Assembly: GCA_963847445.1 (NCBI GenBank)
Contig: CAWJZV010000048.1
Span: 64,001-128,000 of the forward strand
Direction of reading: 5' to 3'
Length of the DNA: 64,000 nucleotides
Origin: an uncultured delta proteobacterium
GTDB lineage: Bacteria; Desulfobacterota; Binatia; UBA9968
Under the pieces are notes generated by a model. It did not search any database and had not been told where the DNA came from. It saw only the letters and a list, made by a program, of their open reading frames with translations. A program made the translations under genes and the position numbers. Positions 31,651 to 41,810 of this stretch are shown here, one piece after another (the stretch's first letter is position 1; every line of letters starts with the position of its first letter).

Positions 31651-32516
31651 AAAAAGCCCCGGCGCCCTGGCCCGTCTGCTGCCGCGGCTCCATGCCAAGG
31701 CATTCACCGGCGGGCTGATCGTCTTGACGTTCATCTTGGTCGGCATCTTCGGGCCCTACTTCGCGCCCCATGATCCCAACAAACAAGAACTCACCGCCAT
31801 GATGAAGCCGCCCGAGGGGATCGGCGCCAACCATGTCTTAGGCACCGACAATCTCGGCCGGGATATATTTAGCCGGGTGGTGCACGGCTCGCGGGTGTCG
31901 CTGTTGGTCGCCTTCGCCGTGGTGTTCGTCTCGGGGCTCATCGGCATCACACTGGGCGCGGTGTCGGGCTACTTCGGCGGCAAGGTCGATTTTCTGATTC
32001 AAAAATTAGTCGAAGTCATCTGGGCCTTTCCGCCGCTGTTGCTCGGCATCACGATCATGGCCTTCCTCGGCCAGGGACTTGTTCAATTTAATCCTGGCGC
32101 TGGTGGCGCAACGGTGGATTCCCTATTGCCGGGTGGTGCGCGGCCAGGCGTTGTCGCTGCGCTCCCGCGACTTTGTCACCGCGGCGCAATCCTTGGGCTC
32201 GGGCCATTGTCAAATCATTCTGCGCCACATCATTCCCAACTTGATTCAAACTTCTCTCGTCATCGGCACCTTCGCCATGGCGTCGTCGATCATCGCCGAA
32301 GCGAGCCTGAGCTTTCTCGGCGTCGGCGTGCCGCCGCATATCCCGACCTGGGGCACCATGCTCGCCGACGCGCGCATTTATATCAGCACTGCATGGTGGC
32401 TGCCGCTGTTTCCCGGCCTGTGCATCTTCATCACGGTGCTGGGCATCAATCTTCTCGGTGACGCCCTGCGCGACATCCTCGATCCGCGACTGAAACGAAC
32501 CGGGTCGGGGCTGTGA
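31610..32516 (+). CDS. ABC permease, DppC-like (frameshifted)
   Basis: LGTDNLGRDIFSR, RHIIPN, EASLSFLG, GDALRDILDPR. Confidence 0.92.
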
Positions 32517-32521
32517 AGACC

Positions 32522-32620
32522 TTGGAGTGATGGCGTAACGGAAGATTGGAGTATTGGAGTACTGGAGTGTTGGGAACTTCTGATCCCATCACTCCATCAC
32601 TCCATTGCTCCATCACTCCA
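32522..32620. repeat. TGGAGTA/TACTCCA 8-bp-periodic inverted repeat, related copy at 41666-41728
   Basis: ttggagtattggagtactggagtgttggg...cccatcactccatcactcca. Confidence 0.8.
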
Positions 32621-32679
32621 ATCCCATCTGTCCTCCCGCTCGCATTGATTCCCCCACGCTCTCGTGTAAATTGATCGGA

Positions 32680-34086
32680 ATGCGCCGCACTAAAATCGTT
32701 TGCACCATTGGCCCTGCCAGCTCGTCGGAGAAAATGATCGAAGGTTTGATCCGCGCCGGCATGAATGTCGCGCGGCTAAACTTCAGCCATGGCGACTATG
32801 CCTCGCACCGCCGGGTGATTCGGACGATTCGTAAGCTCGAACGTAAACTCGACGACGCCGGTGGCGATCCTGCAGGACCTGCCGGGACCGAAGATCCGCA
32901 TCGGCGCCATGGCCGGCGACCGCGTGCGTTTGCAAACCCGCGGCCGTCTGGTCCTGACGACCCGCAAAGTGCTCGGCAGCGAGCTGGCGGTGCCGGTGAA
33001 TTTTCCCGGACTGACTCAAGCGGTGAAAAAAGGCGATCCGATCCTGCTCGGCGACGGCGAGATCGAGCTCGAAGCGCTGCAAGTCGGCAAACAGGAAGTC
33101 AACTGCCGTATCGTCGTCGGCGGCATCTTGGGCTCGCACAAAGGCATTCACTTTCCGCGCAGCTCGCTCAACATTCGCGCCCTCACCGCCGAAGACAAAA
33201 AAGACTTGGCGTTCGGCATCGAGAACAAGGTCGACTTGGTGGCGTTGTCCTTCGTGCGCAACAGCCAGGATATTCTCTACGCCCGCCGCGAGATGCACAA
33301 ACTCGGCGCCAATATCCCGCTCATCGCCAAGATCGAAAAACACGAAGCCTTGGACAATCTCGACAGCATTTTGCAAAACGTCGACGGCATCATGGTGGCG
33401 CGCGGCGACTTGGGACTGGAGATCGCCCAGGCAGCGCATACCGGCGGTGCAAAAACATATGATTCGCGAGGCCAATCACCTCGGCAAGCCGGTCATCACC
33501 GCGACCCAGATGCTGCGCTCGATGGTGTGGAATCCGCGGCCGACGCGCGCGGAAGTCGCCGACATCGCCAACGCGATTCTCGACGGCACCGACGCGCTCA
33601 TGCTGTCGGAAGAAACCGCCGCCGGCGATTATCCGTTGGAAGCGGTCAGAATCATGGCCCAGGTCGCCGAGGAAACCGAAACAATTCTCGAACCGCGCCA
33701 ACGTTTCGCCGGGCTTGCCCAAGACGGTGCCGGAAGCGATCAGCGTCAGCGCGATTTCCTTAGCGCGCGACCTGGAGGTCAAAGCGTTTCTGATTCCGAC
33801 GACCTCCGGCAGCACGGCGCGCTTGATCGCGCGCTACCGGCCGACGCAGCCGATCATCGCCGTCAGCCCCGATCCCCAAACCGTCAAAATGCTTTGTCTG
33901 GTCTGGGGGGTCTATCCACAGCCGACGCGGGGTTTTAAGAACACCGATGAAATGGTCCGCGTGCTGCAAGAAAAAGCGCTCGAATCCGGCATCGTCAAAC
34001 GCGGCGATCTCGTCGCCATCACCGCCGGCTTACCACTGCACCAGTCCGGCACCACCAACATGATCACCGCCAAAGTGATCGAGTAA
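32680..34086 (+). CDS. pyk: Pyruvate kinase (frameshifted)
   Basis: [53 protein letters not shown]. Confidence 0.96.
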
Positions 34087-34177
34087 AGGCAATTTTTTTC
34101 TTTCCAAACTGCACAAAGGACGGGAACCATTGCCGCCATTTGTTTTTGCCATCCTAACTCGCAGTGTCCTGCCACGC

Positions 34178-34375
34178 AGTTATTCACCCGGCAGGGGTGA
34201 GTCCGGAGCAGTGAAGCCACCTAGCCGTGAAGTCGCAAAGTCGTGTTTCATTCGCAGCTCCAAGATATCACTTCCCTGCCAAACAAACCGGACGCACCAT
34301 AGTCCAAGCAGCGCTCTGAGGTAGAGGCCCATTGGCTTCACTGCGGAGGGCTCGCCCCTTGCCGCGCCGTTAACT
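34178..34375 (+). other. Long imperfect hairpin (candidate structured RNA or degenerate attC)
   Basis: Arms 34189-34219 and 34333-34364 are complementary with G-U pairs; ends in GTTAACT. Confidence 0.45.
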
Positions 34376-34538
34376 TTCAACTGCGGAATCTGGGATGAGC
34401 GTACAACTTGTGTTTGCGCCGCCCGGCAACGAGCCGGCATGATGAACCGGCCACCGATGGCAAAAGGCGCTGTCGCCTTCGCCTTGCAACCCTTGCTCAA
34501 ATCGCGCTAGATAAGATCAATTTGCTGGAGGTGACGCT

Positions 34539-35552
34539 ATGTCCGAAGTGCTGAAACAATTCGAAAAAGAGCTGGAAAGTAAGAACTTCAAAGGCTACTG
34601 GCAAAACATTCAGGGCGATGCCGCGCGCCAGCCGGTGGCGTCCTTCGACGCCTGCCACTGGAAGGGCAAGGATCTCTTCGCCGCCATGGAAAAAGCCGGC
34701 GACGTGGTCGGTCTCGACGTGTCGTTCCGGCGCGTCATCCAGCTGTGGAATCCCGCTCTCAAAAACGGCACCTCGCGCACCCTGGTGTTGAATCTGCAAT
34801 TGCTCAAGCCCGGCGAGAATGCCGGATCGCACCGCCATATCGCCGGCGCGATCCGATTTATTCTGAAAGGCCATGGCACCCGGCTGATCGTCGAAGGCGA
34901 ATCCTTTGAAATCGGCGAAGGCGATTTCGTCACCACGCCGAGCTGGACCTGGCACGATCATGAAAATCGCGGTGAGAACATGATGTGGCTCGACGGTCTC
35001 GACGCGCCGCTGGTGCGATTGCTCGAAACCGACTTTCACGAACCCGATCCGCGCAAGAAACAGACCGTCACCCGGCCCGACGGCTACACGCTCGCCACCA
35101 CCGGCCCGCTGCGCCCGGCGTGGGTCAAACCGAATACCATCCAACCGCCGGCCTTTTGCTACAAATGGGCCGACACCGAAAGCGCCTTGAATAAAGTCGG
35201 CGAGCAGCCCGGCGACCCGTTCAACGGCATCGTCCTCGACTATGCCAATCCGTTGAACGGCGGGCCGACCCTGCCGACCATGAACTGCCAGATCCACATG
35301 CTGCGCGCCGGCGAAAAAACCAAAAGCCACCGCCACACCAGCTCGGATATCTATCATGTCTGGCGCGGCAGCGGCGTCAGCTACGTCGGCGACAAGCGCT
35401 TCGAGTGGGAGCAAGGCGACTCCTTCGTCGTGCCGCTCTGGCAAAACCACCGCCATGAAAACACCTCGAAGGATCCGGCGATCTTCTTCGTCATGAACGA
35501 CAAACCACTGATGGACGCCATCGGCCACTACCGCGAAGAAGCGCAGGGATAA
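34539..35552 (+). CDS. Bicupin, gentisate 1,2-dioxygenase-like
   Basis: HRH, TPSWTWHDH, WLDGLDAP, YANPLNGGPTLPTM, second HRHT. Confidence 0.88.
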   Translation: MSEVLKQFEKELESKNFKGYWQNIQGDAARQPVASFDACHWKGKDLFAAMEKAGDVVGLDVSFRRVIQLWNPALKNGTSRTLVLNLQLLKPGENAGSHRHIAGAIRFILKGHGTRLIVEGESFEIGEGDFVTTPSWTWHDHENRGENMMWLDGLDAPLVRLLETDFHEPDPRKKQTVTRPDGYTLATTGPLRPAWVKPNTIQPPAFCYKWADTESALNKVGEQPGDPFNGIVLDYANPLNGGPTLPTMNCQIHMLRAGEKTKSHRHTSSDIYHVWRGSGVSYVGDKRFEWEQGDSFVVPLWQNHRHENTSKDPAIFFVMNDKPLMDAIGHYREEAQG

Positions 35553-35634
35553 CAGCTGTAGACCGAATAGGTTGTCGGGGCGCAGCAAGCTGCGCCCATT
35601 TCTATCCGCGATCACGCACAAGGAGTCGCGATCT

Positions 35635-36384
35635 ATGTTCACGCTCGATCACAAACTCAGCCCTGACGAATTCATCAAAACCTTCTTCGAAGTCAACCGG
35701 CAGGACCACCAACGCCCGCCCCATCCTTGGGAAGAGCTATTTCGCAACGGCAAATGCACCAAGGAGCAACTCCAGGGTTGGGGCAAGGAACGCTACTATT
35801 TCACCAAGCAGGTGCCGGTGAAGGAATATTCGATCCTGTATAACTGCCCGCACACCGACGTGCGCCGCATGTGGCTGCCCAAGGCCATCGAAGAAGAAGG
35901 CGAAGATCTGATCGGCAAATCCGGCAAACCTCATCCGGAATATTGGCTCGATGTCTGCGTCGGCATGGGCATGGACCGCGAGTTCGTAAAGAACTCCGAG
36001 CCGCTCTACGGCGTCAAGTTCGCCGTCGACAGCTTCGCCAACGCCGCCTTTAAAACCTCCTGGCTCCTCGGCGTCGCCGTCTCCGAAGGCGACGACACCG
36101 CCAAGGCGATGTCGCGCGACTTAGATATTTTTCGTAAACACTACCAATGGGTGCCTGACGACACCCTGACGTTTTACAAACTGCACGCCGAAGTCGATCA
36201 GGAACATGGCTTGCTGCGCAAAGAAATTTTGAAAAAGTACGCCGACACCAAAGAGCTGCAAGAAGCCTGCATCAACGCCCAACTGATGAAAAACAGCATG
36301 CGCTGGGTGATGGCCGACTGCATCTACATGGAGTACGTCGTCCGCGCCGCGAAGTTGAATAACAGCGCCGCGGCAGCGGCGTAG
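35635..36384 (+). CDS. PqqC/TenA/CADD-like iron-containing redox enzyme
   Basis: HPW..LF..G, ERYYF, EEEG...HPEYW, FYKLHAEVDQEH. Confidence 0.8.
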   Translation: MFTLDHKLSPDEFIKTFFEVNRQDHQRPPHPWEELFRNGKCTKEQLQGWGKERYYFTKQVPVKEYSILYNCPHTDVRRMWLPKAIEEEGEDLIGKSGKPHPEYWLDVCVGMGMDREFVKNSEPLYGVKFAVDSFANAAFKTSWLLGVAVSEGDDTAKAMSRDLDIFRKHYQWVPDDTLTFYKLHAEVDQEHGLLRKEILKKYADTKELQEACINAQLMKNSMRWVMADCIYMEYVVRAAKLNNSAAAAA

Positions 36385-36447
36385 TTTTCTACCACAGCTC
36401 CCGACAACGTAACTTGTCCATGTCGAATTCCAATCCTGTCATCCCGA

Positions 36448-36540
36448 GCGCAGCGATGGATCTCGTCTTCTTCGCCACTTACAAAGTCGAGATTCCTCGG
36501 CGGAGTTTATCCAGAGCCAAGCCGAAGCTCTCGGAATGAC
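36448..36540. repeat. GTCATCCCGAGC...GGAATGAC palindromic repeat abutting the next gene start
   Basis: gtcatcccgagcgcagcgatggatctc...gagattcctc...ctcggaatgac. Confidence 0.75.
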
Positions 36541-37500
36541 AATGTCTTCTCATCCTCGCAATCTCTCGTCATCTCGCACCAGCTCTCGCCGGCGCCGCGC
36601 CCATTCGCATCGCCTACAGCTCCATCAGCGCCGCCATGCTGCCGCTGTTCGTCGCCAAAGACAAAAAGCTTTTCGACAAACAGGGCGTCGACGTTGAAAT
36701 AACCTACATCCGCGGCATCGCCATCGAAGCGTTGATTGCCAACGAAGTGCAATTCACCCGCGCCTCGCCGCCGACCGTCGTTGGCGCCACGCTGCGCGGC
36801 GCCGATCTCGCGGTCATCGCCAACACGATTAACGTGCCGGTGTTTTCCTTGATGACCCGTGCCGACCTGCGGCGTCCGGAAGATCTCCGAGGAAAGAAAA
36901 TCGGCGTGACCAGCCTGGGCGATTCGCCGGATCTCGTGCTCAGCATGATTTTAGACAAGTTCGGCTTGCAGCGCGGCCGGGATGTCACCGTTATGGCGAT
37001 TCGCGGCGGCATGCCCGACATGATCCTCGCCGTCAGCAAGGGTTTCGTCGACGGCGCCATGATCTCGGCGCCCAGCAACTTGCGCGGCATGAAATTGGGC
37101 CTGCGCGAGCTCATCGACTCCGCCGACCTAGGCGTCCCCTATCTCAATTCACCGCTCAGCACCCGGCGGGCCTTCATCAAGACTAACCGCGACATCGTGC
37201 TGCAAAGTGCTGCGCGCTTACTATCAAGGCGTGCAAGAAACCCACAACGACCGCGACGGCGCCATGAAGATCCTCGCCAAATACACCCGCGTCAGCGAGC
37301 CAGAAATCCTCGCCGAGTCCTACCGCATCTACGGCCAGAAGCACTTGCAGAAAACCATCAGCGTCGATTTGGAAGGGGTCCGGCAATTATTGAAAACGCT
37401 GGGTAAAGAAGCCGCCAGCGCCAACCCCAGCCAGTTTGTCGACGCGTCGCTGGTACAGGAGTTGGAGAAGGAAGGGTTGTTTCAGCAGAAGAGCCGGTGA
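36536..37500 (+). CDS. ABC substrate-binding protein, NMT1/SsuA-like (frameshifted, start uncertain)
   Basis: IRIAYSSIS, EDLRGKKIGVT, FVDASLVQELEKEG. Confidence 0.85.
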
Positions 37501-37809
37501 CTCAAGCATTCATCCCGGATTCCACTGTCGAAGCTACGCTAACCGTTGAGCGCGGGGCGAGACTAGAGTAGCGAAGGTGCTGACGGTGCTTCAAGCTAAC
37601 GCAGGGGACGTACAATTGCTCGAGGTCTGTGCTTGAGTTTGCCAAGCCGGTGCACGGGATTCGCGGTTAACCAGCGCTTTGAAGAAAAAGCGATTAAATT
37701 TGCCGTGCCTGATAATTCCGCTTTCCTGCAGGCCCATTATCAGGTTGACAGCTGCCCCTACGGTTGATAGCTCTGCAATCGACTCAGCGATTCATTGCAC
37801 AATAAAACG

Positions 37810-38583
37810 ATGGAAAACGTCGACGCTAAATTCGTCCTTTTCACCCAGCCCGGTTGAAGCAGTTGCCTAAGAACGAAAGAGTTTCTTTCGAAAAAAGGCA
37901 TCGACTTCATCGCGCTCGATATCTTGAATGATCCCACGGCATTAGAGCGATTGGGCAAACTTGGCGTTCGCACCGTGCCGGTTTTGGCCAGCGGCGATCA
38001 ATTCATCTTTTGCCAGAACCTGGAAGACGTCGCCGAGTTCGTCGGCTTGCAAGGCAGCGGGCATACGCCCCTCGATCCAACTGCGTTGATGGCGAAATGG
38101 CTCACAGTGCTGCGCGCGGCGCAGCGCTACATTCGTCAGCTCCCGAGCGAACGGCTGGTCGAGCGCGCGATCGATAATCGCGACCGCTCGCTCCGACTCT
38201 TGAGCCACCACATCTTTCGCATCGGCGAGGCTTTTCTCGAAACCGCCATTGACGGCGTCGAATACCGCACCGACAATGCCAACATCCCGCCCGAGGATGG
38301 AAGCTGCACCGCCGCAGAGGAAATTGTCGCCTACGGTGACGGCATTGTCGAGCGACTTGAGAACTGGTGGAGCCAACTCACGGACAGATCCTGCCGGCAA
38401 CCGGTGAAAACCTTCTATGGCACGCCGCCGATGCACCAGCTTTTCGAACGCTCCACCTGGCACTCCGCGCAACACACGCGCCAGCTGATGGCCGTGCTCG
38501 AGCGCTTCGGTATCGAGCCGCAGGGGCGACTCACGGCTGAAGATCTCGCCGGCCTGCCTCTGCCGCAAGGCCTGTGGGAATGA
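37810..38583 (+). CDS. Selenoprotein: UxxC glutaredoxin/NrdH-like domain fused to a DinB-like domain (257 aa)
   Basis: MENVDAKFVLFTQPG-TGA(37855)-SSCLRTKEFL...RTVPV, in frame with ORF 37924-38583; DinB histidines HHIF and WHSAQH. Confidence 0.85.
37856..37908 (+). promoter_or_regulatory. Bacterial SECIS-like hairpin
   Basis: Outer stem tgcct/aggca, inner stem cgaaag/ctttcg, loop AGTTT beginning 22 nt after the UGA. Confidence 0.7.
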
Positions 38584-38602
38584 GTAAGAAAATTCGGAGT
38601 AT

Positions 38603-38677
38603 CTCTCGCCAAGGCGCAAAGGCGCGAAGGTAAGAAAAAATATTTCCGAACTTAGCGTCTTTGCGCCTTTGCGGGAG
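38603..38677. repeat. GCGCAAAG-type inverted repeat
   Basis: ctctcgccaaggcgcaaaggcgcgaag...cttagcgtctttgcgcctttgcgggag. Confidence 0.8.
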
Positions 38678-38702
38678 TAATTCCCCAAGGAACGGAAAAT
38701 CG

Positions 38703-40100
38703 ATGGGACTGACGCAAGAAGTTGCGCACTTTGTCGCGCGCACACGCTACCGGGATATTCCCAAAGAGGTCGTCCAACTGGCGCGCGGATTCATCCTGGA
38801 TGGACTCGGCGTCGCCTTGGCCGGTTCGACCGATGAGTGCTCGCGCATTGTTCAAACCCAGGTCCGGCAAATGAACGGCAAGGGCGAGTCGTCGATTGTC
38901 GGCACCGCGCTCACAGCGCCGGCAGCCAAAGCGGCGCTGGCCAACGGCGTGGCCGGCCATGCGATGGATTACGACGATACCCAGCTTTCAACTTCCAAGG
39001 AAGCCGTTTACGGTCTCCTGACGCATCCGACCACGCCTGTGCTCGCCGCCGTGTTGGCCATCGGTGAGAAAGAAAAAATCAGCGGCGAGCATTTTGTTTT
39101 GGCCTATCTGTTAGGCGTCGAAGTCGAGTGCCGCATCGCCGATGCGATCAACCCACGCCACTATCAGGATGGTTTTCACTCCACCGCAACCATGGGCGGC
39201 ATCGGCGCCGCCATGGCGGTGGGAAAAATCCTTCGACTCAACGAGCGAAAGTTGATTCAAACGTTGGGCATTGCCGCCAGCATGGCGTCTGGTCTGCGCG
39301 AAAACTTCGGCACCATGACCAAGCCGCTGCACGCCGGACGCGCCGCCGAGAACGGCGTGAGCGCCGCGTTGTTGGCGCGCGACGGCTTCACTGCGGCGGC
39401 GAATATTCTCGAAGCCCGCCGCGGCTTTTTCAACGCCATGGCCGGCGGCTGCGACGAGAGCAAGATTACCGGCCGCCTAGGTTCGCCTTTCTTCATGAAG
39501 GAGCCGGGAATTTCCATCAAGCCGTATCCATCCGGCTCACTCTCGCACCCGGCGCAAGATTTGATTCTCGACCTGGTCAAACAGCATGATCTTAGCGCGG
39601 GCGAAATCGATCACGTCGAAGTCGGCACCAATTCCAACGTGCCCAACGCCTTGATTTATCCGATGCCCAAGACCGCGCTGGAAGGGAAATTCAGCATTCC
39701 ATTCTGCATGGCAATCGCTATCCTCGAGCGCAAGGCCGGCATCGCGCAGTTCCAGGACCGCAAGGTGCGCGACAAGAAGGTCGTCGAGTTGATGAAGCGG
39801 GTGACGCTCTGTGTCGACGATGAACTTGAGAAGCTCGGCTACGATCAGGTGCGTTCGCGGATTCGCATCAGGCTGAACAATGGCCGGGTGATTGAAGGGC
39901 GCTATGACGTCGCCCGTGGACACCCGGAGAAACCGATGAGCTGGGCCGAGTTGGGCGACAAATTTCGCGACTGCGCCGGGCTCGTGCTGGCGGACAAGGA
40001 CGCCGAGACGGTGATCCAATTGGTCGCCCGCATCGAAAAACTGAAAAGCTTAAGCCCCCTGTTCCGCGCTCTGACCAGCGCCGCGCGCCAAGAGTGGTAA
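38703..40100 (+). CDS. MmgE/PrpD family protein
   Basis: NGVAGHAMDYDD, HP, GFHST, TKPLHAG, KPYPS, GKFSIPF, GHPEKP. Confidence 0.93.
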   Translation: MGLTQEVAHFVARTRYRDIPKEVVQLARGFILDGLGVALAGSTDECSRIVQTQVRQMNGKGESSIVGTALTAPAAKAALANGVAGHAMDYDDTQLSTSKEAVYGLLTHPTTPVLAAVLAIGEKEKISGEHFVLAYLLGVEVECRIADAINPRHYQDGFHSTATMGGIGAAMAVGKILRLNERKLIQTLGIAASMASGLRENFGTMTKPLHAGRAAENGVSAALLARDGFTAAANILEARRGFFNAMAGGCDESKITGRLGSPFFMKEPGISIKPYPSGSLSHPAQDLILDLVKQHDLSAGEIDHVEVGTNSNVPNALIYPMPKTALEGKFSIPFCMAIAILERKAGIAQFQDRKVRDKKVVELMKRVTLCVDDELEKLGYDQVRSRIRIRLNNGRVIEGRYDVARGHPEKPMSWAELGDKFRDCAGLVLADKDAETVIQLVARIEKLKSLSPLFRALTSAARQEW

Positions 40101-40138
40101 AAAAACTAAATCTTCTGGGATACCTGTGAAGGCGTATT

Positions 40139-40457
40139 CACCACGAAGTGCAAATGATCTTCCGCTCGTCTACAGAATATGAAAATGGCTGGGATTCCCG
40201 CCATAGTCGGCCTGCATGACGCGTCATTCCCGCGCACGCGGGAATACAGATGACGGACAGAGTCCGTCATACCGTTGAAAAACGGTATCCAGGTGGATGA
40301 CGGGTCTGAGATGCCGGCCTGCGCCGGCATGACGGAACCCCGGAGGCTCATTGTTGTGCATATCATCCGCTTACATGTACTTTCGAAGGAGAACACGAAG
40401 AGCACGAAGTCGGAGACATAACTTCCGAACCTTCGTGTTCTTCGTGCCTTCGTGGTG
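40139..40457 (+). mobile_element. Composite non-autonomous repeat element, copy B
   Basis: CACGAAG repeat interrupted by a ~244-bp insert (40149-40392) that contains GTCAT-type palindromes. Confidence 0.85.
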
Positions 40458-40632
40458 AGATTGAAATTTCTATCGGCGCGCCAGATCGACGACGTTATCG
40501 TTACGGTGAACCGAATCGAGTCAGACTGCCGGCGGTAATCGACATTGACTGAAAAACGAATTCCGCGATAATGTCTCGGCCCGGAAGTAACTTGGAAACG
40601 CGAGGATCTAATTGAAGGACTAGGAGGCCATC

Positions 40633-41659
40633 ATGAAAAAGATTGGTATTTACTTCGTCATTCTCACCGCGATTTTCGCCCTGGCGTCGCTGGTTGCGGC
40701 GCAAGATGCCGCGCTGATTCAGGCGGCGCGAAAGGAAGGCAAGGTCGTCTGGTACACTTCGCTGGCGATTCCGTCTTCCACGGCGATCGCGCACTATTTT
40801 CAAAACAAATACAAAGGCATCGAAGTCGAAGTGCACCGCAACGGATCGCAGCGGGTGCTGCAACGATTCATGCAGGAAGCGGCGGCGGGAATAAAGAATG
40901 CCGATATCATGCATACTTCGGATGCCGGCCACTTCGAGCTTCTCAAGGACAAAGGGATGCTGCTCAAATTCACGCCCCAGGGCGTCGCCGGTTTTCCGGA
41001 CGGCTTTAAGGACAAGGCCGGCTTTTACTACGGCATGCGGGCGACACTTTCGGTCATCGCTCACAATCCCGAAGATCAGTTGCGGAAAAGGACGCGCCGC
41101 AAACCTGGAAGGATCTTTTAAATCCCAGATGGAGCGGTAAGATGGTCACCGCCCATCCCGGCTACAGCGGCATCATCATGACCCATGTGCTGGCGCTGGT
41201 GAATCTCTACGGTTGGGACTACTTTCGCGATCTGGCGAAAAACAAATTGCATATCGTCCAGTCGGCCAACGATCCGGCCGGTGTCGTCGCATCGGGAGAG
41301 CGGCCGGTGGGCGTAAACGGCGCGGAATATTTCTATTACAAAACCCAAAAACAGGGTAATCCGATCAAGATCATCTATCCCAAAGAGGGCGTTCCGCTAG
41401 TGGTATCGCCGGTGGCCATCGCCAAAGACGCGCCCCATCCCAACGCGGCAAAACTCTTCACTGAGTTTATTTTCGCCAAAGAGTCGCAGCAGTTGTTGGC
41501 GGATAAAGAAGGACTTTATACCGGCCATCCTGACGTCACCTATCCGGCGGACAAGCCCAAGCTCAAGGACTTGAAACTGTCTGGCCGCCGAACGCCGACG
41601 AATTGGAAAAGCGCAATGCCGAGATAAAAAAACGCTTCGTTGAGTACTTTGGCGCGTAA
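40633..41659 (+). CDS. ABC substrate-binding protein, Fe3+/thiamine/polyamine family (frameshifted)
   Basis: AARKEGKVVWYTS, VASGERP, APHPNAAKLF. Confidence 0.88.
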
Positions 41660-41810
41660 TGGCGAAATGGCTGTTGGAGTATTGGAGTGTTGGGGTTCAA
41701 ATGCGTAACTCCATCACTCCAATACTCCCGGCTTTACCGCGTCGGAGCAAGGCGATTGAGCGCAACGAACCCTATGAAATTTTTTCAGCAGCCGGCGAGC
41801 AACTGAATTC

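Noticed and set aside
32522-32620. CRISPR array from the periodic repeats (also at 8559, 44950 and 59052)
   Set aside because: The units are 6-9 bp with no unique spacers, they are arranged as inverted arms, and no cas genes are present.
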